A DNA stretch of 32,602 nucleotides from the NCBI GenBank assembly GCA_036259415.1, contig DATABU010000225.1:1-32602 (forward strand), written 5' to 3'. Below the pieces are notes generated by a model. The model was not told where the DNA came from, made no database searches, and was given only the letters and a program-made list of their open reading frames with translations. The first letter of the stretch is position 1; the number at the start of each line of letters is the position of its first letter. Below, piece after piece: positions 17,578-24,577 of this stretch. Source of the DNA: Longimicrobiaceae bacterium. Its GTDB lineage: Bacteria > Gemmatimonadota > Gemmatimonadetes > Longimicrobiales > Longimicrobiaceae. The translations under genes and the position numbers were made by a program.

Positions 17578-18335
17578 AGCGGCGCATCATCCCCGTCCAG
17601 CTCCTGGTGGGCGGGCGCCTGGTGAAGACGGTGCGGTTCGGCGCCTACCGCGACGTGGGGGACCCCGTCGCCTCGTCCAAGGTCTACAACGCGCAGAACG
17701 CGGACGAGCTGGTCTTCCTGAACATCGACCGGGAGGACCGCTCCGTCGAGCCCATGCTCCGCCTGCTGGAGCGGGTGTCGGAGGAGGTGTTCATGCCGCT
17801 CGCGCTGGGCGGGGGGATCGGCTCCGTGGACGACGCGTCGCGGCTGATCCGCGCCGGCGCCGACAAGGTGGTGGTCAACTCCGCCGCCTACCGCGACCCG
17901 GGCCTGCTGCGGGCGATCGCCGACCGCTTCGGCGCGCAGGCGGTGGTGGTGGGGATCGACGTGCGCCGCGAGGGCGCGGACGGCGGGTGCGTCCTGTACT
18001 CGGACTGCGGCCGCAGGCGGGAGGCGGTGGGGCTGGACGAGCACGTTGAGCGGGTGGTGGAGCACGGGGCGGGGGAGATCCTGGTCAACTCCATCGACCG
18101 CGACGGGACGATGGAGGGGTACGACCTGGAGCTCGTCCGCCGGGTGGTGGAGCGCTCTCCGGCGCCGGTGATCGGGTGCGGCGGGGCGGGGCACTACAAC
18201 CACCTGAAGGCGGGGTTCCTGGAGGCCGGGGCGAGCGCCCTCGCCTGCGGGAGCCTCTTCAACTTCGGGGACAACAACCCGATCCGCGCCAAGGCGTTCC
18301 TGACCAACTACGGGATCCCCTTCAAGGTGGTCTAG
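17571..18335 (+). CDS. hisF: Cyclase-like subunit, HisF paralogue (WbuZ/HisF2 acetamidino-modification type)
   Basis: GTG 17571 with a 7-nt overlap on hisH. LKRRIIPVQLLVGGRLVKTVRF...GDPV...ADELVFLNI...PLALGGGI...GADKVVVNSAA...SIDRDGTMEGYDL...GGAG. Confidence 0.85.
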   Translation: MLKRRIIPVQLLVGGRLVKTVRFGAYRDVGDPVASSKVYNAQNADELVFLNIDREDRSVEPMLRLLERVSEEVFMPLALGGGIGSVDDASRLIRAGADKVVVNSAAYRDPGLLRAIADRFGAQAVVVGIDVRREGADGGCVLYSDCGRRREAVGLDEHVERVVEHGAGEILVNSIDRDGTMEGYDLELVRRVVERSPAPVIGCGGAGHYNHLKAGFLEAGASALACGSLFNFGDNNPIRAKAFLTNYGIPFKVV

Positions 18336-18340
18336 GCCGA

Positions 18341-18874
18341 ATGAAGAGCCGCTTCATCGCCGGAGAGCGGGTCCACCTGCGCGAGGTGCGCCCCAGCGAC
18401 GTGGGCGAGGCGTACTACGCCTGGATGAACGACCCCGAGGTGACGCGCTACCTGGAGAGCCGCTTCTACCCGCAGTCGCTGGAGGGGCTGCGGGAGTTCG
18501 TGGCGGGGAAGCTGGGCGACCGCGCGAGCGTGTTCCTGGCGATCGTCCTGCACGACGGCGACCGGCACATCGGCAACATCAAGCTGGGGCCGATCGACTG
18601 GATCCACCGGACCGGCGACGTCGGCCTGCTGATCGGCGAGAAGGACTGCTGGGGGAAGGGATACGCCTCCGAGGCGATCTCGCTGGTGGCCGGCTACGCC
18701 TTCGGCACGCTGAACCTGCGCAAGCTGACCGCCTCCTGCTACGGCGGCAACGAGGGCTCGGTGCGCGCGTTCCAGCGGGCGGGGTTCGAGGTGGAGGGGG
18801 TCCGTCGCGGGCAGTTCTACTCCGACGGCGAATACGTGGACCAGATACTCCTCGGGCGCCTGCGCCCGGAGTGA
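18341..18874 (+). CDS. GNAT family N-acetyltransferase (RimJ/RimL-like)
   Basis: ATG 18341. MKSRFIAGERVHLREVRPSDVGEAYYAWMNDPEVTRYL, IGNIKLGPIDWIHRTGDVGLLIGE..WGKGYASEA, GNEGSVRAFQRAGFEVEG. Confidence 0.8.
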   Translation: MKSRFIAGERVHLREVRPSDVGEAYYAWMNDPEVTRYLESRFYPQSLEGLREFVAGKLGDRASVFLAIVLHDGDRHIGNIKLGPIDWIHRTGDVGLLIGEKDCWGKGYASEAISLVAGYAFGTLNLRKLTASCYGGNEGSVRAFQRAGFEVEGVRRGQFYSDGEYVDQILLGRLRPE

Positions 18875-18888
18875 GAGCGGAGCTGAAG

Positions 18889-20169
18889 ATGGCGGAGCTG
18901 GCGATCCTGGGCGGCGAGCCCGTCCTCCCGAACCCCCTGCGTCCCTACCGCACCATGGGGGCGGCGGAAGCCGAGGCGGTGAAGCGCGTGGTGGAGTCCG
19001 ACTGCCTCTCGGGCTTCTACGGGAGCGCGGGAGACCAGTTCCTGGGCGGCCCCCGGGTGAAGGAGTTCGAGGCGGCCTGGAGCGCGCGCTTCCGGGTGCG
19101 GCACACCGTCTCGGTGAACTCCGCCACCTCGGGGCTGTACGCGGCCATGGGCGCCATCGGCATCCGGCCCGGCGACGAGGTGATCGTGCCGCCGCTCACC
19201 ATGTCGGCCACCGCCATGGCGCCGCTGGTGTACGGCGGCGTCCCCGTCTTCGCGGACGTGGAGCCGGAGACCTTCTGCCTGGACGTGGACGCCGTGCGCC
19301 GGGCGATCACCCCGCGCACCCGCGCCATCCTAGCCGTGAACCTCTTCGGCCACCCCGCGCCGCTGGTCCGCCTGCGCGCCCTGGCCGACGAGCACGGGAT
19401 CAAGCTGGTGGAGGACAACGCGCAGGGGCCGCTCGCGAGCGAGGACGGCCGCCACGCCGGCACCATCGGGCACGTCGGGGTGTTCAGCCTGAACTATCAC
19501 AAGCACATCCACACCGGCGAGGGCGGGATGTGCGTGACCGACGACGACGACCTCGCGCTGCGCATGCAGATGATCCGCAACCACGCGGAGAACGTGGTGG
19601 AGGCGTACGACGTGCAGGACCTCACCAACCTGGTGGGCTTCAACTACCGTCTCACCGAGCTGAGCGCCGCGGTGGGGCTGGAGCAGCTCCGCCGCATCGA
19701 CGAGCACGTCGGCCCGCGGGTGCGTCTGGCGGAGACGCTCACGGCCATGACGGAGGACCTGGAGGGGATCACCCCGCCGCGCGTGCGCCCGGGGTGCACC
19801 CACGCGTACTACGTGTGGGCCTTCCGCCTGGACGAGGAGGCGGCCGGGGTGAGCCGGGAGGCGTTCAGCCGCGCCCTGGCGGCCGAGGGCTTCCCCCACG
19901 GCGCCGGCTACGTGCGCCCGCTCTACCTGCTCCCCCTCTTCCAGCGCCGCCCGGAGGAGTCGGGGGTGTTCGGGAGCGCGCTGGCGGCCGGCCGGTACCC
20001 GGCGGGGCTGTGCCCCGTGGCGGAGCGGCTGCACCGGAGCGAGCTGCTCCTGTTCGAGACCTGCGCCTACGACGTGGACGCCCGCACGGCCGGGCTGCTG
20101 GGCGAGGCGGTCCGCAAGGTCCACGCGAACCGCGGGGCGCTGGCGGAGCTCGCCCCGGCGGGGGTCTGA
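18889..20169 (+). CDS. DegT/DnrJ/EryC1/StrS family sugar aminotransferase (second copy in the locus)
   Basis: MAELAILGGEPV..., VNSATSGLYAAMGAIGIRPGDEVIVPPLT, PLP-lysine context FSLNYHKHIHTGEGG, NYRLTELSAAVG. ATG 18889 chosen; GTG 18871 (GTGA overlap with the GNAT stop) is the alternative. Confidence 0.82.
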   Translation: MAELAILGGEPVLPNPLRPYRTMGAAEAEAVKRVVESDCLSGFYGSAGDQFLGGPRVKEFEAAWSARFRVRHTVSVNSATSGLYAAMGAIGIRPGDEVIVPPLTMSATAMAPLVYGGVPVFADVEPETFCLDVDAVRRAITPRTRAILAVNLFGHPAPLVRLRALADEHGIKLVEDNAQGPLASEDGRHAGTIGHVGVFSLNYHKHIHTGEGGMCVTDDDDLALRMQMIRNHAENVVEAYDVQDLTNLVGFNYRLTELSAAVGLEQLRRIDEHVGPRVRLAETLTAMTEDLEGITPPRVRPGCTHAYYVWAFRLDEEAAGVSREAFSRALAAEGFPHGAGYVRPLYLLPLFQRRPEESGVFGSALAAGRYPAGLCPVAERLHRSELLLFETCAYDVDARTAGLLGEAVRKVHANRGALAELAPAGV

Positions 20170-20172
20170 GCG

Positions 20173-20913
20173 GTGCCCCGCGTCGTCGCCTCCATCGAAG
20201 CGCGGATGGGCTCGTCCCGGCTCCCGGGGAAGGTGCTGATGGACGTGGGCGGGGTGCCTGCGCTGACGCGGCTGGTGCGGCGGCTGCGCCGGTGCGAGAC
20301 GCTGGACGGCATCGTCCTGGCCACCTCCACCTCTCCCGCTGACGACGCGCTGGAGGCGTGGGCCGGGGCCGAGGGGGTGCCGGTCCACCGCGGCAGCGAG
20401 GACGACGTGCTGCTCCGGGTGGTGGAGGCGCAGCGGAAGATGGACTCCGACGTGGTGGTGGAGGTCACCGGCGACTGCACGCTGCTGGACCCCGAGCTGG
20501 TGGACGTGGGGGTGCGCACCTTCCTGGAGAACGACTGCGACGTGGTCCACAACGTCCGCGACCTGTCGTTCCCCATGGGGATGGACGTGCAGGTCTTCCG
20601 CCTCCGCGACCTGGAGGAGGTGGAGCGCACGGTGGACGACCCGGCCGTGCGGGAGCACGTCTCCCTGCACTTCTACGAGCACCCGGAGCGCTACCGCGCC
20701 TTCCAGCTCTTCGCGCCGCGCCGCTGGCGCGCGCCGGACTACCGCTTGCAGCTCGACTACCCGGAGGACCTGCGCTTCATCCGCGAGGTGTACGCGCGGC
20801 TGGAGCCGGAGCACGGCGACGCCTTCGGGATCGAGGAGATCATGGCGCTGCTGCGCGCCGAGCCCGCGCTGGCGGAGATCAACCGCCACTGCGAGGAGAA
20901 GGCGGCCCGGTGA
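20173..20913 (+). CDS. SpsF/COG1861-type cytidylyltransferase-like protein (stand-alone paralogue of the N-domain of 13603-15669)
   Basis: GTG 20173. VVASIEARMGSSRLPGKVLMDVGG...IVLATSTSPADDALE...VHRGSEDDVLLRV...EVTGDCTL aligns block for block with the N-domain of the fusion ORF. Confidence 0.8.
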   Translation: MPRVVASIEARMGSSRLPGKVLMDVGGVPALTRLVRRLRRCETLDGIVLATSTSPADDALEAWAGAEGVPVHRGSEDDVLLRVVEAQRKMDSDVVVEVTGDCTLLDPELVDVGVRTFLENDCDVVHNVRDLSFPMGMDVQVFRLRDLEEVERTVDDPAVREHVSLHFYEHPERYRAFQLFAPRRWRAPDYRLQLDYPEDLRFIREVYARLEPEHGDAFGIEEIMALLRAEPALAEINRHCEEKAAR

Positions 20914-20919
20914 GCGGCA

Positions 20920-20959
20920 GGTTCGGCGCGAGGACGGTCCGGTCCGGTCGGTTCGGCGC
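20920..20959. repeat. Short direct repeat GGTTCGGCGC (x2, 30 bp apart) flanking an imperfect GGTCC pentamer run
   Basis: GGTTCGGCGC occurs at 20920-20929 and 20950-20959. GGTCC GGTCC GGTCG GTTCG runs at 20936-20955. It lies in the 115-bp gap before 21029, one of the larger intergenic gaps inside the locus. Confidence 0.3.
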
Positions 20960-21028
20960 TCTCGGGCGGGCGCGGCAAGCACCCGTCGGCCCGCGGGCGC
21001 AGGCGATCCACCTCCACCCCTCAGGACG

Positions 21029-21985
21029 ATGAACGCATCCCCCACCCAGCAGCGTGCCCCGGGACGGTTCTCGCCGGCACGGATCCGCAGAGGGGTCTCC
21101 AGCCGCCTCACCACCTACGTGGGGGGCGTGCAGGCGATCCTCCCGAAGCTCATCTACGGGAACTCCGCCGGGTTCCGGAACAACCGCGAGCCGGTGCGGC
21201 AGCTTCGCGAGTTCCAGGAGGAGTTCGCGCGGCGCGGCAACGCGGTTCCGGGGGAGCCGTACGCCTCGGCCGCCCGCTCCCTGCGGGAGAACGGCTACCT
21301 CGTGATGGAGCGGCGGTACGCCGGCCCGGAGTTCGAGGCCATGCGGGCACGCTACGCCGAGCTGATGGAGGACCCGGACCGGTCCGTCGCCACGCCGAAC
21401 GGGGCCACCCGCTTCATCGTGGAGCCCGTGGCCGGGATCCCCGAGCTCCGGCACCTGCTGACCGAGGAGCTGGAGCGGACGCTCGTGGCGTACTACGGCA
21501 CGTACTTCCGGATCGAGGGCGTGCGCGCCTGGCGGAACCACCACGTCCCCAGCGTGTCGATGACGGACGACGTGTTCTCCAACACGTTCCACTGCGACGC
21601 CTTCCCGGTGACGGGGCTCCGGCTCTTCGTGTACTTCAACGACGGCGTGAACCGCGAGACCGGGGCGTTCCGCTTCCACGACAAGCGGAACACCAAGCGG
21701 ATCATCCGCTCCCCCGGGTACTTCCGGCGCAACCTCCTGAGCCGCTCCGTCAAGCAGCGGCTCCTGGACCCGCAGCAGCTGCACTTCCTCGAAGGCGACG
21801 CGGGGGCGAGCATGCTGTGCAACGTGCAGGAGTGCCTGCACGCGGCCGGAGTCCCGCGCGAGGGGTCCCACCGCGATATCTTGCAGCTCCTGATCGCGCC
21901 CTCGAACGAGCCGTACCGCGAGCGTGGAGAGCTGTTCGACCGGATCCCGGCGGACCGGGAGGTCCTGGCCATGCGCGGCGCATAG
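21029..21985 (+). CDS. Hypothetical protein, probable Fe(II)/2-oxoglutarate oxygenase (PhyH-like cupin)
   Basis: ATG 21029. HxD facial-triad candidate FHCD, followed by LRLFVYFNDGVNRETGAFRF (like the PhyH xxLDDxxxENGxL strand). Distal His and Arg candidates in NVQECLHAAGVPREGSHRD. No other family is recognised. Pattern-based call only. Confidence 0.5.
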   Translation: MNASPTQQRAPGRFSPARIRRGVSSRLTTYVGGVQAILPKLIYGNSAGFRNNREPVRQLREFQEEFARRGNAVPGEPYASAARSLRENGYLVMERRYAGPEFEAMRARYAELMEDPDRSVATPNGATRFIVEPVAGIPELRHLLTEELERTLVAYYGTYFRIEGVRAWRNHHVPSVSMTDDVFSNTFHCDAFPVTGLRLFVYFNDGVNRETGAFRFHDKRNTKRIIRSPGYFRRNLLSRSVKQRLLDPQQLHFLEGDAGASMLCNVQECLHAAGVPREGSHRDILQLLIAPSNEPYRERGELFDRIPADREVLAMRGA

Positions 21986-22047
21986 GTGCCGCAGCTCCCG
22001 CGCCGGCCACTCCGCACCGGTCCTCCTCACCCGGGCTCCCTCGTACC

Positions 22048-22422
22048 ATGCTGAGAGTCGCACGACGGTTCGGGAGCTACAAGCTCAGGGAGCCCTCGCT
22101 GGCCGCCCTGTCCGCGGACGGCGTCCCGCGCGAGGTGCTGACCCGTCTCGCGGACCTGGTGGAGGTGGAGCTCGGCTCCCGGCGGGAGCTCGAGTCGGGC
22201 CGGAGCTTCCGGCGAGGAGAGGAGCAGCGCCAACCGGTGCGGGTCGGGTCCACCTTCGCGACGCACAGCGCGCTCATCCCCCGGGGCCCGGAGCAGAGCG
22301 GGGGCCTGCGGGAGCTCCTCGGATTGTTCGACGGGCACGCGGACCACGTCTGCTGGCAGGAGGAGGCCCCCTCCGGCCCGGGCGAGATGTACACCGCCAC
22401 CATCTTCCGCGTCGCCAAGTGA
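22048..22422 (+). CDS. Small hypothetical protein (124 aa), no recognisable family
   Basis: ATG 22048. Strong G/C third-position bias like the neighbouring genes. Its TGA overlaps the GTG of the next gene (GTGA 22419-22422), suggesting translational coupling. No motifs recognised. Confidence 0.45.
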   Translation: MLRVARRFGSYKLREPSLAALSADGVPREVLTRLADLVEVELGSRRELESGRSFRRGEEQRQPVRVGSTFATHSALIPRGPEQSGGLRELLGLFDGHADHVCWQEEAPSGPGEMYTATIFRVAK

Positions 22423-23444
22423 GGCCCGGCGAGCCGCTCCGGACGGTCGTGGTCGGTCTGGGGAAGATCGGGCTGGGCTACGCGGACGACCCGGTGATGG
22501 CCCGGCACTACCCCTACGCCACGCACGCGCAGGTCCTCGCCGCCCACCCGGCCTTCGAGTGGGGCGCCGCCGTGGACCTGTCCGGCGAGGCGCGGCGCGC
22601 GGCGCGCGAGCGGTGGGGCGTGCCCCGCGTCGCGTCGCGCGTGGAGGACGTGGCCGCGGAGTACGCGCCGGAGGTGGCCGTGCTCGCCACCCCGCCGGAG
22701 TCCCGGCTGGAGGTCCTGGAACGGCTCCCCGGCGTCCGCGCGGTGCTGGTGGAGAAGCCGCTGGGCCGCACCGTGGCCGAGGGCGAGGCGTTCCTCGCCT
22801 GGTGCCGCGAGCGCGGGGTCGCCGTCCAGGTGGCGCTCTGGCGGCGCGCCGACGCCGCGTTCCGCGACCTCGCCGCGACGCTGCCGGAGCGGATCGGCCG
22901 CGTCCAGGCGGCGTTCGCGGTGTACGGAAACGGCCTGCTCAACAACGGCACCCACGTGGTGGACTTCGTCCGCATGCTGCTGGGCGAGGTGGCGGAGGTG
23001 CAGGCGGCGGCCGGGGTCGCGCCCTACCGCGAGGGCCCCATCCGCGACGACGTCAACCTCCCCTTCCACCTCGCCCTCGCGTCGGGCGCGGGAGTCTCGG
23101 TGCAGCCGCTGCGCTTCGCGCACTACCGGGAGAACGGGGTGGATATCTGGGGAGAATCGGGTAGATTCTCCATCCTCCAGGAGGGCTTGAGGATCCGCGG
23201 GTACCCCCGGCGCCCGAACCGGGGGATGCAGGGGGAGTGGGAGGTCGACTCGGACGCCGGTGTGGAGCTCCCCTCCACGGTGGGCCGCGCCTTCTACGCG
23301 CTGTACGACGACCTGGCGGACGCGCTCCGCCGGGGGACGGCGCCGTGCAGCCCCGGCGGGTCGGCGCTGCAGACCGCGCGTGTGGTGCAGGCGGTGCTCG
23401 ATTCCGCGGCCCTCGGGTGCGCTCCGGTGCGGGTCGACCGGTGA
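22419..23444 (+). CDS. Gfo/Idh/MocA family NAD(P)-dependent oxidoreductase
   Basis: GTG 22419 inside the artefactual 21924-23444 ORF. LRTVVVGLGKIGLGY Rossmann start, VAVLATPPESRLEVLERL, VLVEKPLGRTVAEGEAFL (EKP motif), NGTHVVDFVRMLLG. Confidence 0.75.
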   Translation: MRPGEPLRTVVVGLGKIGLGYADDPVMARHYPYATHAQVLAAHPAFEWGAAVDLSGEARRAARERWGVPRVASRVEDVAAEYAPEVAVLATPPESRLEVLERLPGVRAVLVEKPLGRTVAEGEAFLAWCRERGVAVQVALWRRADAAFRDLAATLPERIGRVQAAFAVYGNGLLNNGTHVVDFVRMLLGEVAEVQAAAGVAPYREGPIRDDVNLPFHLALASGAGVSVQPLRFAHYRENGVDIWGESGRFSILQEGLRIRGYPRRPNRGMQGEWEVDSDAGVELPSTVGRAFYALYDDLADALRRGTAPCSPGGSALQTARVVQAVLDSAALGCAPVRVDR

Positions 23445-24577
23445 CGGCGGATCGCGGGGCGCCCGCGGGCGTGGACGTGCTGGTGTACGTGGAGGACCCC
23501 GGCGCGGCGAGCTACGCGGCCGACCTCCCGGCCGCGCTGGCGGCCGGCGGGGTCGGCGCCCTGCTGCTGGCGGGGGGGAGCGCCGCCGGCTACCTGCGCG
23601 AGCGGGGCCGCCCCGCGGAGGCGGTCCCGGAGGGCGAGTCGGCGGAGGGGCTGCTCGACGCGCTCCGGCCGCGGCTGGTGGTGGTGGGCACCTCCGAGGA
23701 CCCCGACACGCCGGGCCTGGCGCTGGTGGACGCCGCCCGCTCCCGGGGGATCGGGACGGTGGGGCTGGTGGACGCGTTCCCGAACGCCGCCCACCGCTTC
23801 CGCGGCCGCGGGGACGACCCGCTCGGGCACGCGCCCGACTGGCTGGCGGTCCCCGACGAGTGGACGCGGCAGGCGTTCGTGGAGCTGGGCGCCCCGCCCG
23901 CGCGGGTCGTTGTCTGCGGCCACCCCCAGTACGACCGGGTGCGCGCCCTGGCGGAGGAGCTCGGGCGCGAGGGGCGGGCCGCGGTGCGGGCCCGCGTCCT
24001 CCCGAACGCGGGCGACCGCCCGGTGATCGTCTTCGTGGCGGAGGTCTCCACGGGGCTCGACCCCGCGCAGTACCGGAAGTCGGCGGAGTACACCCTGCAG
24101 GGCCGCGGCTGGAGCACCGGGAGGACCGAGGTGGTGCTGGAGGAGCTGCTCGACGCGGCGGCCGGGCTGGACCCCAGGCCCTGCTTCGTGCTGCGGCTCC
24201 ACCCCAAGAACACCGCGGAGGAGCTCGCATCCTACGCGGAGGAGGTCGACATGGTGAGTGCCGGTGGATCTGCGCTGGAGCTGGCGTACGCCGCCGACCT
24301 GGTGGCGGGGATGACCAGCATGCTCCTGCTGGAGGCGGACCTCCTGGGGACGCCGACCCTCGCCGTCGTACCGCGGCCGGTGGAGCGGGACTGGCTTCCG
24401 AGCATCCGCCACGGCCGGACCCCGTGCGTGACCACCCGGGAGCGGCTGCGCGACGCGCTGCCGCGGCTGCTCGCCGGGGAGCGGACGCCCGGGGCGTACG
24501 GGGGCGATCCGTCCGGCGGCTCCATGGACCGGGTGCGGCGGCTGGTGGCGGACCGGCTGCGGGCGGCGGGCGCATGA
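23441..24577 (+). CDS. Hypothetical protein, guessed two-Rossmann-domain (GT-B-like) architecture; candidate sugar or nonulosonate transferase
   Basis: GTG 23441 (GTGA overlap). An N-terminal half (VDVLVYVEDPG..., LVVVGTSEDPD, GTVGLVDAF) is followed by CGHPQYD, then a second half VIVFVAE...CFVLRLHPKN...ADLVAGMTSMLLLEADLLGTPTL. This layout resembles TagF, KpsS, sialyltransferase or 2-epimerase-type GT-B proteins, and I read it as alternating strand-like and helix-like stretches. Family not identified. Confidence 0.45.
   Translation: MTADRGAPAGVDVLVYVEDPGAASYAADLPAALAAGGVGALLLAGGSAAGYLRERGRPAEAVPEGESAEGLLDALRPRLVVVGTSEDPDTPGLALVDAARSRGIGTVGLVDAFPNAAHRFRGRGDDPLGHAPDWLAVPDEWTRQAFVELGAPPARVVVCGHPQYDRVRALAEELGREGRAAVRARVLPNAGDRPVIVFVAEVSTGLDPAQYRKSAEYTLQGRGWSTGRTEVVLEELLDAAAGLDPRPCFVLRLHPKNTAEELASYAEEVDMVSAGGSALELAYAADLVAGMTSMLLLEADLLGTPTLAVVPRPVERDWLPSIRHGRTPCVTTRERLRDALPRLLAGERTPGAYGGDPSGGSMDRVRRLVADRLRAAGA

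Noticed and set aside
16948-18335. Reading hisH and hisF as core histidine-biosynthesis genes
   Set aside because: They are translationally coupled to a PP-loop N-acetyl-sugar amidotransferase and embedded in a sugar pathway, with no other his genes present. The WbuY/WbuZ (HisH2/HisF2) sugar-amidation role is the better explanation, although only a genome-wide check for a second hisHF pair can confirm it.
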